From the IMG/VR virus record IMGVR_UViG_3300030104_006433, positions 96,545 to 160,544 of that record: 64,000 nt of DNA; one strand, 5' to 3'. The DNA is from a virus. Positions 7,902 through 17,929 of the stretch are shown here, one piece after another (the stretch's first letter is position 1; each line of letters starts with the position of its first letter). Position numbers and translations under genes: made by a program. The notes below the pieces were generated by a model. The model ran no database searches, had not been told where the DNA came from, and was given only the letters and a program-made list of their open reading frames with translations.

Positions 7902-10337
7902 ATGTTATCAAAGGACGATTTTAAAGAATTAAATAGACTTGGAGAAGAATTTAAATCCAATTTAAATGATATCACATCCCAACTCCAACAAAGTGCTAGA
8001 GCTGGAGGAGATATGTCGGGATCTATTAAAGAGGCAGCTTCAAATCTTTCAAGCTATAGAAGTTTAGCAAATGACTTATCACAGTCTAGTAAATCAACCC
8101 TTAAATCCAAAAAAGAATTAGCTAAAATTGATAAAAGAGTTTATGACATTACTCAAAGGCAGTATCGAATTCAATCTAAAATAAAAGAATTAGATGATAA
8201 GAAAAAACAAGCTGGTGAGAAAGAACAAAAACAGATTGAAAAATCAATTACTTTATTACAAGATGCAGGCTATGAACTTAATGAAATTAAAAAAGGATAT
8301 GAAAAGATAGCATCTGAATCTAAAAAAATATCTGAATCTAACCCTTTTAAAGGATTATCTGACTTAGTATCAGATGTACCTATATTAAATAAATTATTTA
8401 AAGATATGGTCTCAGCTTCTGATAAGTTTCGTGAGACTATGGTAGATACAAATAATAAAGTTTTACCATCTTTAGCAGCGGGAATGAAGGAATACTTAAA
8501 GTTAGCTTCTAAAGCAGCTCGAGTCTTTCTAGTAAGATCAGCTATAAAATCTATTAAAATGTTAGATGACTCTTCAGTTAATCTAGCCAACCAAATGAAT
8601 ATCGGTAAGATGGAAGCTGCTGATATGAAAGAAATGTTTACAGCTGCTGCTCAAGCTAATGATGAATTATTACAATCATCATATGATTTAATAAAAGCAC
8701 AAGCAACATTAGGTACTATGTTTGGTACAACAGCTAAACTTAATGATGATACATTACGTACATTTAATATATTAACTGAAAGAATGGGAATAGCAGCTGA
8801 AGCAGCTGGATCTTTAGTTAATTTCTCAGCGGCTACAGGCCAAAACTTCATGGATTTTACAACAGAAATTCAAGGTACTGTTGTAGCAGAGACAGCACTT
8901 TCAGGTATTATGATTGATCAAAGAGCAGTTATTAATGATATTGCTAATTTAAGTAGTGCTACTAAAATGTCAATGCAAGCTCAGGGTCAAAGTTTAGGTA
9001 AAGCAGCTTTTGAAGCTAGAAAATTAGGTCTTAATCTAGCTGATATGGAAAAAATTGGAAATTCTTTATTGGATTTTGAACAATCTATAGCAAATGAGCT
9101 TGAAGCAGAACTTATAACAGGAAAAGAATTAAATCTTGAAAGAGCTAGATCAGCATATCTAAATAATGATATGGTTACTTTTACAGCTGAAATAGCTAAA
9201 AATGTAGGAACAGCTGCTGATTTTGCTAACATGAATAAAATAGCACAAGATTCTATAGCAGCCTCCTTTGGAATGCAAAGAGATGAGTTTGCTGATATGT
9301 TAATTAATCAAGAAGCTTTAAAAAAGTTCTCCAAAGAAGGACTTGAAACTGAGTCTGAAGTAGTTGAAGAAATGAGAAGAAGATTATTAGCTGGAGAATC
9401 TTATGACAAATTAGTAAAAAAATTCGGAAAAAGTGAAATGCTAAATAGAGCTAAAAACCTATCTATGCAGGATAAAATGAACAAAATGATCGAGAAAATG
9501 TATGATGTTCTTGATAAATATGTTAAACCTGTTTTCAAAGTAATAGATGGTTTACTTGAAAAAATGGGTGGTTCAGCTGGTATCTTAATGGGTGGTTTAG
9601 CTGCTTTAGCAATAGGAGGTCCTATTATTAGAGGAGTAATGATGATGGCTCGTTTATTTAGAGGTATGAGAGGACCAATGATGGGGGCACCAGGAATGGG
9701 AATGCCTTTTTACGGTCCGGCTGGAGGACCTGGTGGTGGTGGTATGGGTGGACCTATGTTTATGGGTGGCCCTACAGGTGGTTCTAATGCTTTACCAAAA
9801 GGTGTAAAAGCAGGTACAGACAAATTAGGTAGAAAATTTCATTATGATGCTAAAACAGGAAGAAGAGTTAGTGTGGGTAATATGGCTAGTAAAGCTAGTA
9901 CTTTAAGTAAAGTAGGTAAATTTGGTAAATTTGCTGGAAGAGCAAGTCTACCTGCTATGATTTTAGGTTTAGGTTTAGATTATGGATCAGATAAATTGAA
10001 AGAATCAGGTTATGAAGAGGCTGGTAAAGCAACTAGTGTGTTAGGAGGAGCATTAGGTGGAGCGGGTACAGGAGCTATGTTAGGTTCATTTCTTGGTCCA
10101 ATTGGAACAGCTGTAGGAGGAGTAGTAGGAGGTTTAATAGGTGGTGGAATGGCCGCTTTTTCAGAATATGGAGAAGATACAGAAAAAGCCACAGAACAAG
10201 GATCAGAAGGTGTTCAACAAGCAATTGATAATCAAACAAGACAATTAACAGCAGTATTACGTACAACAAGAAATGTTAATTTCAACCAAAACGCATTTAT
10301 AAGAGAACAAAGTATAAATTATAGTGGAATGAACTAA
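7902..10337 (+). CDS. Tape measure protein
   Basis: 811 aa Ala-rich helical protein after the chaperones; Gly/Met-rich segment and glycine zipper near the C-terminus. Confidence 0.8.
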   Translation: MLSKDDFKELNRLGEEFKSNLNDITSQLQQSARAGGDMSGSIKEAASNLSSYRSLANDLSQSSKSTLKSKKELAKIDKRVYDITQRQYRIQSKIKELDDKKKQAGEKEQKQIEKSITLLQDAGYELNEIKKGYEKIASESKKISESNPFKGLSDLVSDVPILNKLFKDMVSASDKFRETMVDTNNKVLPSLAAGMKEYLKLASKAARVFLVRSAIKSIKMLDDSSVNLANQMNIGKMEAADMKEMFTAAAQANDELLQSSYDLIKAQATLGTMFGTTAKLNDDTLRTFNILTERMGIAAEAAGSLVNFSAATGQNFMDFTTEIQGTVVAETALSGIMIDQRAVINDIANLSSATKMSMQAQGQSLGKAAFEARKLGLNLADMEKIGNSLLDFEQSIANELEAELITGKELNLERARSAYLNNDMVTFTAEIAKNVGTAADFANMNKIAQDSIAASFGMQRDEFADMLINQEALKKFSKEGLETESEVVEEMRRRLLAGESYDKLVKKFGKSEMLNRAKNLSMQDKMNKMIEKMYDVLDKYVKPVFKVIDGLLEKMGGSAGILMGGLAALAIGGPIIRGVMMMARLFRGMRGPMMGAPGMGMPFYGPAGGPGGGGMGGPMFMGGPTGGSNALPKGVKAGTDKLGRKFHYDAKTGRRVSVGNMASKASTLSKVGKFGKFAGRASLPAMILGLGLDYGSDKLKESGYEEAGKATSVLGGALGGAGTGAMLGSFLGPIGTAVGGVVGGLIGGGMAAFSEYGEDTEKATEQGSEGVQQAIDNQTRQLTAVLRTTRNVNFNQNAFIREQSINYSGMN

Positions 10338-10369
10338 TATTTATAATAAACAAATTAAAAACAAACATT

Positions 10370-10690
10370 ATGTCAGGATTAAAAGATAAATTAATAAATG
10401 GAGCGGGATCACCACTATCAAAAGGTAATGGTACAACTCCTGCAACACCAATAGGTGCTACTCCATCTTCAAAACTTCAATATGAATATTCAATTAATGG
10501 TGTACCAAATATACCAATGAATGGATATTTTACACACTATCAAAATAAACCACTACCATCAGAAATGGATTTAGATGGAGTTAACCCAGTATCACCTTTA
10601 GCACCAGCTAATAAACCACAATTTGGGGCAGGATTTGCTAATGGTACTTATAAACTTAGTTGCCCAACAGAGGGAGTAGGAAATATATAA
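10370..10690 (+). CDS. Hypothetical virion protein (Pro/Gly-rich)
   Basis: 106 aa after TATTTATA in the tail module. Confidence 0.55.
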   Translation: MSGLKDKLINGAGSPLSKGNGTTPATPIGATPSSKLQYEYSINGVPNIPMNGYFTHYQNKPLPSEMDLDGVNPVSPLAPANKPQFGAGFANGTYKLSCPTEGVGNI

Positions 10691-10697
10691 TAATTAA

Positions 10698-12638
10698 ATG
10701 CCATTAGTTAACCTTCAAACTAATTTAAAAGATTTAAAGTTTGGGAAAGATAGACCTGGACTTAGGGATAGCGAACAACCTTATATAGTAGCTCCTATAC
10801 CAGGCCCTAATGAACAAATAGAACCAACCTACCCTGATTTTTTATTAAGAGGAGGTACAACCGGTGTAACTGGAGAAACTGCTGAAGATTTAGTTAGATT
10901 ATCTAAATTTTTAAATGATAGAACATCACCTTTAGGAGCTCAATTTGTTCTTAAACAAGAAATGCTATCTAGAATAGGAGTCAGAACCCAGGCTAGTGGT
11001 TTTCTTTTAAATGAAGGTGTTTATAATCCCCTTAACACTTTAGCACAAGCAGGAATTAGTATAGAAGGAGGACATATTCCTAAACAAGGTTTAATAACTT
11101 TTAGAGGGCCAAATAAGTATTTAAATACTTTACAAGATCAAATTAATGAGAATAAAGAAATTGCACCAAAAGGAATTACAATAACTTCTTCAACTCTAGG
11201 AGATATAGGTTCTTTTGGTAATGGAGTATCATCTGATTTGTCTTTTATAAAAGATCCTCCCCCACCCCCTCCATTACCATCACAACCTATTTTTAATAAT
11301 AGATTGATCCAATTAAATGAGGTAAAAAGAAAAGGTGAACCTTGGAATATAAAATATAAAAGAAATAATCAAGTTTCAAAATTACCTACTGAATTATTAT
11401 CATATGGAGGTGGCCCTGATTCTATATTAGGTATAGGTGGTACACAAATAAAAATAGCTAATGGTAGATTAGGAGCCCCATTAACAACAGGATTAGCAAA
11501 TCTTAAATTATATGGAGGTAATATAGGTTTTAGTGGAGGTAAACAAGTACCACCAAAATATAAAGATTTTGTTGAATGGAAAAATCCAGTCATACAAGAT
11601 TTTAGAAGAGAAAAATTAAAAGATGCTGATAAGGTATCTATCATAATGGGGGTAGCACCTTCTTATGATCCTGCTAATAATCAAACTATAGATAATAGTA
11701 CAGGAACATCAAGAATAAATTATACAAATCCAGGCCAAAGAGGAAATGTTATAGATTATACTCAAGGAAAGTTAAGTGAAACAGGGGAAAAATTAGGCCC
11801 TGTTGATAGAATAAATGCATTACCAATATATAGAAGTGGTTATGTTATAGCTGATCCTGTTAAAAATGATTTAATAAAATTCAGAATAGGGGCTATAGAT
11901 AATGATAATCCTAATGTTAGAGAATTTATTCATTTTAGAGCTTATATTGATTCATTTTCAGATAATTATAATGCTAATTGGATGAATCAAAAATATATGG
12001 GAAGAGGTGAAATATTTCACAAATATGATAGTTTTACAAGAGATATAAACATGGGATTCACAGTAGCTGCTCAATCAAGAGAAGAAATGATGATAATGTA
12101 TAAAAAACTTAATTTTTTAGTTTCTAATCTAGCTCCAGACTATACAAAATCAGGTTATATGGCAGGCCCATTAGTTCAATTAACTCTTGGAGGATGGTGT
12201 TATGAATTACCTGGTTTTATTAAAAGTATGACTTTAGATGTTCCAGAAGAATCACCTTGGGAAATAGGTATACCAAATTTAAATGAAGAAGATGAGCATG
12301 GTGGTATAAAATTTAGAGATTCTGAAGTTAAAGAAATGCCTATGATATGCAAAGTATCAGGATTTGTATTTACTCCAATACATAGATTTAACCCATCTAA
12401 ACAGAAAAATTTATTCGGGGATAAAGGAGCATTTGGAATTGATTTTAAAGATAAAGAGGGTGTTAGAGATGGTAAATATACTAAATGGAAAGATCAGGAA
12501 ATAAGAACAGTTACAGAATATGGTAAACAAAGATTTATTCAATTAGATGATGGTGGTAAAAATAATGCTTATGATAACCAAAAAGCTGATCCTATTGAAA
12601 TTATAAATGATGATAGAAAATTAAATATAGATACATAA
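10698..12638 (+). CDS. Baseplate / tail tube initiator-like protein
   Basis: C-terminal FRAYIDSFSDNY.ANW..KYMGRGE.F..Y..FTR.I..GF..AA tube-fold-like motif; tail module context. Confidence 0.6.
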   Translation: MPLVNLQTNLKDLKFGKDRPGLRDSEQPYIVAPIPGPNEQIEPTYPDFLLRGGTTGVTGETAEDLVRLSKFLNDRTSPLGAQFVLKQEMLSRIGVRTQASGFLLNEGVYNPLNTLAQAGISIEGGHIPKQGLITFRGPNKYLNTLQDQINENKEIAPKGITITSSTLGDIGSFGNGVSSDLSFIKDPPPPPPLPSQPIFNNRLIQLNEVKRKGEPWNIKYKRNNQVSKLPTELLSYGGGPDSILGIGGTQIKIANGRLGAPLTTGLANLKLYGGNIGFSGGKQVPPKYKDFVEWKNPVIQDFRREKLKDADKVSIIMGVAPSYDPANNQTIDNSTGTSRINYTNPGQRGNVIDYTQGKLSETGEKLGPVDRINALPIYRSGYVIADPVKNDLIKFRIGAIDNDNPNVREFIHFRAYIDSFSDNYNANWMNQKYMGRGEIFHKYDSFTRDINMGFTVAAQSREEMMIMYKKLNFLVSNLAPDYTKSGYMAGPLVQLTLGGWCYELPGFIKSMTLDVPEESPWEIGIPNLNEEDEHGGIKFRDSEVKEMPMICKVSGFVFTPIHRFNPSKQKNLFGDKGAFGIDFKDKEGVRDGKYTKWKDQEIRTVTEYGKQRFIQLDDGGKNNAYDNQKADPIEIINDDRKLNIDT

Positions 12639-12642
12639 AATA

Positions 12643-12942
12643 ATGAGCCGTTATAGTAATACAGAAATATTAAAATCACCAAATGACAAAAGGATGTATG
12701 CCACAGTACGTTATCCTGAAATTCCAAGGTCATCAAATGATACTTATATTTTCACAACAGTAGGTGATAGATTTGATACTTTAGCTCAACAATTTTACAA
12801 TGATTCTTCATTATGGTGGATTATATCAATAGCAAATGAAACTTTATTACAAAACTCATTAACCCCGGCTATAGGATCACAGATAAGAATACCTTCAAAT
12901 CCAGTACCTATAATAGCTGAATTTAAAGAAATAAATGAATAG
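12643..12942 (+). CDS. Baseplate wedge LysM-like protein (gp53/tail X-like)
   Basis: GDRFDTLAQQFYNDSSLWWIISIAN...GSQIRIP. Confidence 0.8.
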   Translation: MSRYSNTEILKSPNDKRMYATVRYPEIPRSSNDTYIFTTVGDRFDTLAQQFYNDSSLWWIISIANETLLQNSLTPAIGSQIRIPSNPVPIIAEFKEINE

Positions 12943-12944
12943 TT

Positions 12945-15900
12945 ATGGCAAACCTTTTAGGAGATGGGTTTTCTAATTATGTTAGAAAACAAATAATAAA
13001 AAGACAAGAGGTTCATGGTAAGCAAAATAGATCCCAAAAAGAATTAGCTTACTTAAACTCTCGTACAGCTTGGATAAAACTAGTATCTGGGGTGTCTATA
13101 GATAATTCTAGACTTAAAATGTTAGGATTACAAGGGGTGTTTTCTGAAGGTCTTTCTTTAGCAAAAGAATTTGTTTTATTTAATGGAACATCAAAGGTTA
13201 AAACCAAGAGTAATGGATCTAATGGCAAAATAACACAAAGAGAAGGAATTTTTAAAGGCCCCTTATCTAATAGAAATAGTTTCAAAAATAATTTTGCTTA
13301 TGGATTAGGGGGTGTTGAATTTGGCCCCTCCCCTATGCCAGGTATAGTAGATATGCAAATCAATCATGCAGGTACTAGAGGATCATTAAGAAAAGCTCAA
13401 ATTACAATAAAAGCTTATAACCGACAACAATTAGATTTAATAGATGTATTATATTTAAGGTTAGGATATACTTTAATGATAGAATTTGGTCATAGTGAAT
13501 ATATTAATAATAAAGGAAAAGTAGTAAATTTAGAATCAACCTTATTAGAAGAAAAATTTTTCAACCAAACTATAGCTAAAAAATCATATCTTGAACTTTT
13601 ACCATTAATTGAGAAAAAAAGATTTGAAACTTGTGGAAATTACGATGCTTTATTTGGTAGAATAACAAACTTTCATTGGAGTTTTGAAAACGATGGGACA
13701 TATAACATCAGAATTGACTTATATAGTTTAGGAGATTTAGCAGAATCTTTAACAATATCCCATCCAGGTTCAAGAAGTTCAAGTGATTTAAGTAATGCAG
13801 GAACATCAGACCCAACATATACTCGTAATGTTGTTAGTGAGTATTTAGAAGATATTAAAAATTTCCACAAATATAGATTTACACCAGGAGCAGAGGCTGA
13901 TGTCTTACCTCCTGAAACAAAAGAAGAACAAAACCCAGAAACAGCCCCAGATGCTCCAACACCATCAACTGAATATACTGAAACAACATTAGAAGGATTA
14001 TTAGCATTACCCGCTTTAAATAAAACATTAAAGAAAAAGGGATATAAAACTATAGCAATCCCTCATGATTATTTAACTACTAACACAACTTACAATGAGC
14101 CTTATTTACATGATAAGGATGACCTTTCAGGCTCCGGATTAATTTTCCCTCCTCAAGAATATGTTCAATATGAAGGATCATGGTTTTTAAAAAAGAACAT
14201 GATAGAATATTTTGAACAAGTTAAAATATCATACACACCACCCAAAGATCCAAATTCTGACAATGTATTTGATAAATTTGGTAGATGGAAAGCAACAAAA
14301 CTTACAAAATTTGAAAATCAATATAAATTAAATAGAGAATTACAAATATTAATAGCTGACGTGAATCAGCCAAATTCAACATTTTTAAATCCTTTTGAAG
14401 ATGATAAGAATAATTGGAACACACATTTAGGTGGTAAAAAAAATTCTTTAATATTGGCATATGAAAATTTTGTAGTAACTGGGAAAGATGAGAATGGCGA
14501 GGAAGCATTTAAATTAGCAGTACTAGAATCACAAGTAAATTCAATTATTATAGACGATCAAGGGTTAGGACAGCATGCTGGAGTAAATGTTTTAATTGGA
14601 GCTGACACTAGATATGATATACAAGCAGCTCAAGAAGCTGGAACCCTTAATACTTTTGAAGATTTACAAGAAATAGAAGATGAAAATAACATTCAATTTA
14701 CAGCGGGTTCTGAAGCCCAATCTATGGCAGCTGGAATTGCAGACTATAACTTAGCACTTGATGTTAAAAATGCACAACAAGCCTTAGAAGATGCAATCGG
14801 AAAACCTGATATTCATTTTCAAATTGGTTTAGATACAGATATTGATTCAGTATATCAACCTTTTGGTAAATGTCTTAATTTATGGGAATCATGGCAAGGA
14901 ATACAACCTAGCGGGGATTATTTATACCCACAAGGAAAATTATCTTGTGAAATAGCTAAATTAGATTATATTGATAATAACGCTGAACACCCAGATGATT
15001 ATGGATTTTTTATAAGATTTGGATGTTTGTTAGATTTTATTAGAGAAAAAGTTTTGTATAAAATTGGGGATACACCTAATGAAAAAGATAAAAATGATAT
15101 TCCTAATACTCCTATACTGGATATAGATACTGACATGTTATCTAATGTTATGTACACATTACCAAATCATATCTCATTAAATCAGAAAGTATGTATTGTT
15201 AATAATCAATTTAAATTTAAAAAACTATTTGTTCAAACTTTTGATGGGATGAATAGATTTCAAAGTACAGACCCATATTATGGGATGGTAATGAATATAT
15301 ATTTAAATTTTGCTTTAGTTCAAGAAGTAATGGATAGTTGTACAACTGCTGATGATTCTAAAAAAGTTTATTTATATGAAGCTTTAAGTGGTATTTGTAA
15401 TGCAGTTAATGAAGCTATGGGTGGTATAAATAATTTAGAACCTGTAATAGATGAAAAAACAAATTGTTTAAAAATTATAGATTCATCAAGATTACCTAAT
15501 ATCAAAGAAATAACTGACTTTTTACATAAGACAGATCCTAAAAAATATAATTATCCAAAAGATTTAAAAAGCTTTAATTATAATAAATTTACTTTAGCTG
15601 ATGGATCTATAAAATATGATCTTAATTTATATGGTTATAATCCTAAAGATGATTCATCAAATTTTATACATAATATAGATTTATCAACTAGTGTTACTAA
15701 AAATATGTCAACAATGTTGGCAATAGGAGCAGCGGCTCAAGGTGGGTATGTTGTTGGTGAAGAATCTACAATGTTTTCAAAATGGAATGAAGGAATAACA
15801 GATAGATTTATGTCACCTGTTTTAAATGCTGATGGAACTGAGGCTAATTCTTCAAGTTCCTTTGCTAAACAGTGGGATAATGTTAGAATAGATTATGGTA

Positions 15901-17228
15901 ATTTTATAATTGATAATTTTTATAGTGTAGGTAAAGACAATTACTATCCATATTGGGGTGAGACTTTACCACCACCAACTCAAGATGGAGCTGTAGGATA
16001 TACCTTTAATGTTCCTGGTAATTTAAATGATGAACAAATCTTAAAAAATTTATCAATAGGAACTGAATTTTACAAAATGCTAATGGCATCAGCTTCAATA
16101 GCTAATGATCATTCTTTATCAGCACAACCTGGTTTTTTACCTATTAATTTACAAGTAGACATGGATGGATTATCTGGTATAAAAATTTATGAAAAAGCTA
16201 ATATAGATATCTCATTTTTACCAACAAATTATCCTCAAACTTTAGATTTTTTATCAACAGGTTTAAAACATTTTGTAAAAGATAACAAATGGCAAACTAC
16301 TTTAACAACACAAGCCACAACAATAGGTACATTTAAACGTAATGCTCCACTACCATCAATATTTTCAATAGATGCCGCTTTAGAAGAATTAGAATTAACA
16401 GATTTAACAAGCCAAAATCTAGGTTATGATGATGAATCAGGGTGGGATATATATGTGGGATGTTCTCCATATAATCCACAAAAGTACAATTTTGTCTTAC
16501 AAAATCAATTTAATACGTACGCAGATACTAGTAAAAATCCAAACTATTATAAAGCTTTAAAATTATTAAGTCATATATGGTCTACTTTAGAGGGTAATGA
16601 AGACTCTTCTGGTTATTGTTCTAGATTTGTTAAGAGTTTAGCAACAAAATTTTGGACAGAATGGAATCAATATGATACTTCACCATATAAAGCTAATGGA
16701 GGACCAACATGGCAAGCTACACCAGGAACATTTACCCCAGAGGAATTTCCAGGAGCCATATATGGAACACAAGATGCTAAATCAAAATTAACATCTCAAA
16801 ATTTATCCAATTTATATGGTTATAAAATATATCCAATAGGAACAGGAATAGCCCCAGGTGATAATTATGCTAGTGCTTTAAGAAAATATATAAAGGCTAT
16901 TGACTTCTTTCCAGGAGATATAATAATATATTGGGATTCATCAGGATTAGATGGTGGTGATAGAGGTTATCAAAAATATGGACATATTCAAATGTATTTA
17001 GGAGGAGTAAAACCTTTTATATCAGATTTTGCCCATTCAGAGTTTGTATATGGTGGTTGGTCTAAAAAATATAAAAGATGGTCAATTAATACAAATAATT
17101 GTTTTAATATGGTTTACTTAAGATCAAAACTTAACCCAATTACTATGTTTGGAAAACCAGATCCAGTTATGGTTAATATAGGTGAACGAGCTGAAGCCAA
17201 CCCATTTTCCCCTATAAACAAATTATAA
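12945..17228 (+). CDS. Large baseplate hub protein with C-terminal NlpC/P60/CHAP-like amidase domain
   Basis: N-terminal PMPGI..GSLRKA.I.IKA...LYLRLGY.L..EFG hub motif; C-terminal GYCSRFV...GDIIIY...YGHIQMY Cys/His pair. Confidence 0.65.
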   Translation: MANLLGDGFSNYVRKQIIKRQEVHGKQNRSQKELAYLNSRTAWIKLVSGVSIDNSRLKMLGLQGVFSEGLSLAKEFVLFNGTSKVKTKSNGSNGKITQREGIFKGPLSNRNSFKNNFAYGLGGVEFGPSPMPGIVDMQINHAGTRGSLRKAQITIKAYNRQQLDLIDVLYLRLGYTLMIEFGHSEYINNKGKVVNLESTLLEEKFFNQTIAKKSYLELLPLIEKKRFETCGNYDALFGRITNFHWSFENDGTYNIRIDLYSLGDLAESLTISHPGSRSSSDLSNAGTSDPTYTRNVVSEYLEDIKNFHKYRFTPGAEADVLPPETKEEQNPETAPDAPTPSTEYTETTLEGLLALPALNKTLKKKGYKTIAIPHDYLTTNTTYNEPYLHDKDDLSGSGLIFPPQEYVQYEGSWFLKKNMIEYFEQVKISYTPPKDPNSDNVFDKFGRWKATKLTKFENQYKLNRELQILIADVNQPNSTFLNPFEDDKNNWNTHLGGKKNSLILAYENFVVTGKDENGEEAFKLAVLESQVNSIIIDDQGLGQHAGVNVLIGADTRYDIQAAQEAGTLNTFEDLQEIEDENNIQFTAGSEAQSMAAGIADYNLALDVKNAQQALEDAIGKPDIHFQIGLDTDIDSVYQPFGKCLNLWESWQGIQPSGDYLYPQGKLSCEIAKLDYIDNNAEHPDDYGFFIRFGCLLDFIREKVLYKIGDTPNEKDKNDIPNTPILDIDTDMLSNVMYTLPNHISLNQKVCIVNNQFKFKKLFVQTFDGMNRFQSTDPYYGMVMNIYLNFALVQEVMDSCTTADDSKKVYLYEALSGICNAVNEAMGGINNLEPVIDEKTNCLKIIDSSRLPNIKEITDFLHKTDPKKYNYPKDLKSFNYNKFTLADGSIKYDLNLYGYNPKDDSSNFIHNIDLSTSVTKNMSTMLAIGAAAQGGYVVGEESTMFSKWNEGITDRFMSPVLNADGTEANSSSSFAKQWDNVRIDYGNFIIDNFYSVGKDNYYPYWGETLPPPTQDGAVGYTFNVPGNLNDEQILKNLSIGTEFYKMLMASASIANDHSLSAQPGFLPINLQVDMDGLSGIKIYEKANIDISFLPTNYPQTLDFLSTGLKHFVKDNKWQTTLTTQATTIGTFKRNAPLPSIFSIDAALEELELTDLTSQNLGYDDESGWDIYVGCSPYNPQKYNFVLQNQFNTYADTSKNPNYYKALKLLSHIWSTLEGNEDSSGYCSRFVKSLATKFWTEWNQYDTSPYKANGGPTWQATPGTFTPEEFPGAIYGTQDAKSKLTSQNLSNLYGYKIYPIGTGIAPGDNYASALRKYIKAIDFFPGDIIIYWDSSGLDGGDRGYQKYGHIQMYLGGVKPFISDFAHSEFVYGGWSKKYKRWSINTNNCFNMVYLRSKLNPITMFGKPDPVMVNIGERAEANPFSPINKL

Positions 17229-17231
17229 AAT

Positions 17232-17891
17232 ATGGCTGAATATTATCCCAAATCACAAATAAAAAAAGACCAATATACTGAGGGCTCAGAGTATCGAATT
17301 AAAGCTACACAAGTCCCATATAAAGGATATTATTATTGTATATCAAATGGAAATAAATATACAGGCAGATTCCCAGGAGATGGTCCTAATCAGGTATTAG
17401 AACCTACTTTTAATACTGATCCTGCAAATCCTACACAGGCTTCAACACAGACACCCCTTCAAGAAATACTAATAACTGACCAAGAAAAATACCCATATGA
17501 TTTTACTGATTTTGATTCTGGGACTTATAATAGAATAAAAAATGTAAAACCTATATCAAGATTTATACCATCACCCAATATAACCTTCCCAACAGATAAG
17601 GATATGAAAAAGGGATCTTTTGTTAGATATTTTTGTAAAAAAAATAATGAATTAATATTTTTTGAAATTGATAAATCTACATATAATAAATTAATTGAGA
17701 AAAAGAAGGATATAGTATGGGAATTATACACAGCAACAAAAATAACATGGAATTTAACTTCCGCAAGTAGGGCATCTTTATTTATTGTCAATAGAAATAG
17801 AGTTATTTCAAAAGAAAGAGAATTACAGTGGTTTGGCTTTTCTTCTTGGTTTAATGATAAATTTGTTCGATATTCTAGATATAGTATTTAA
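17232..17891 (+). CDS. Hypothetical tail-module protein
   Basis: 219 aa; YYPKSQI..YT.G.EY, RYFCKK motifs. Confidence 0.55.
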   Translation: MAEYYPKSQIKKDQYTEGSEYRIKATQVPYKGYYYCISNGNKYTGRFPGDGPNQVLEPTFNTDPANPTQASTQTPLQEILITDQEKYPYDFTDFDSGTYNRIKNVKPISRFIPSPNITFPTDKDMKKGSFVRYFCKKNNELIFFEIDKSTYNKLIEKKKDIVWELYTATKITWNLTSASRASLFIVNRNRVISKERELQWFGFSSWFNDKFVRYSRYSI

Positions 17892-17893
17892 AA

Positions 17894-17925
17894 TTTGGCT
17901 ATCCAAAATAAAATTGTTATATTCA
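17894..17925 (+). promoter_or_regulatory. Bacteroidota-type primary-sigma promoter (TTTG-N20-TAnnTT)
   Basis: TTTG at 17894 and TATATTCA at 17918; same 20-nt spacing as many other copies. Confidence 0.75.
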
Positions 17926-17929
17926 ATTA

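Noticed and set aside
9660-9790. Gly/Met/Pro-rich low-complexity stretch as a separate repeat element
   Set aside because: It is in frame within the tape measure protein, where such linkers are common.
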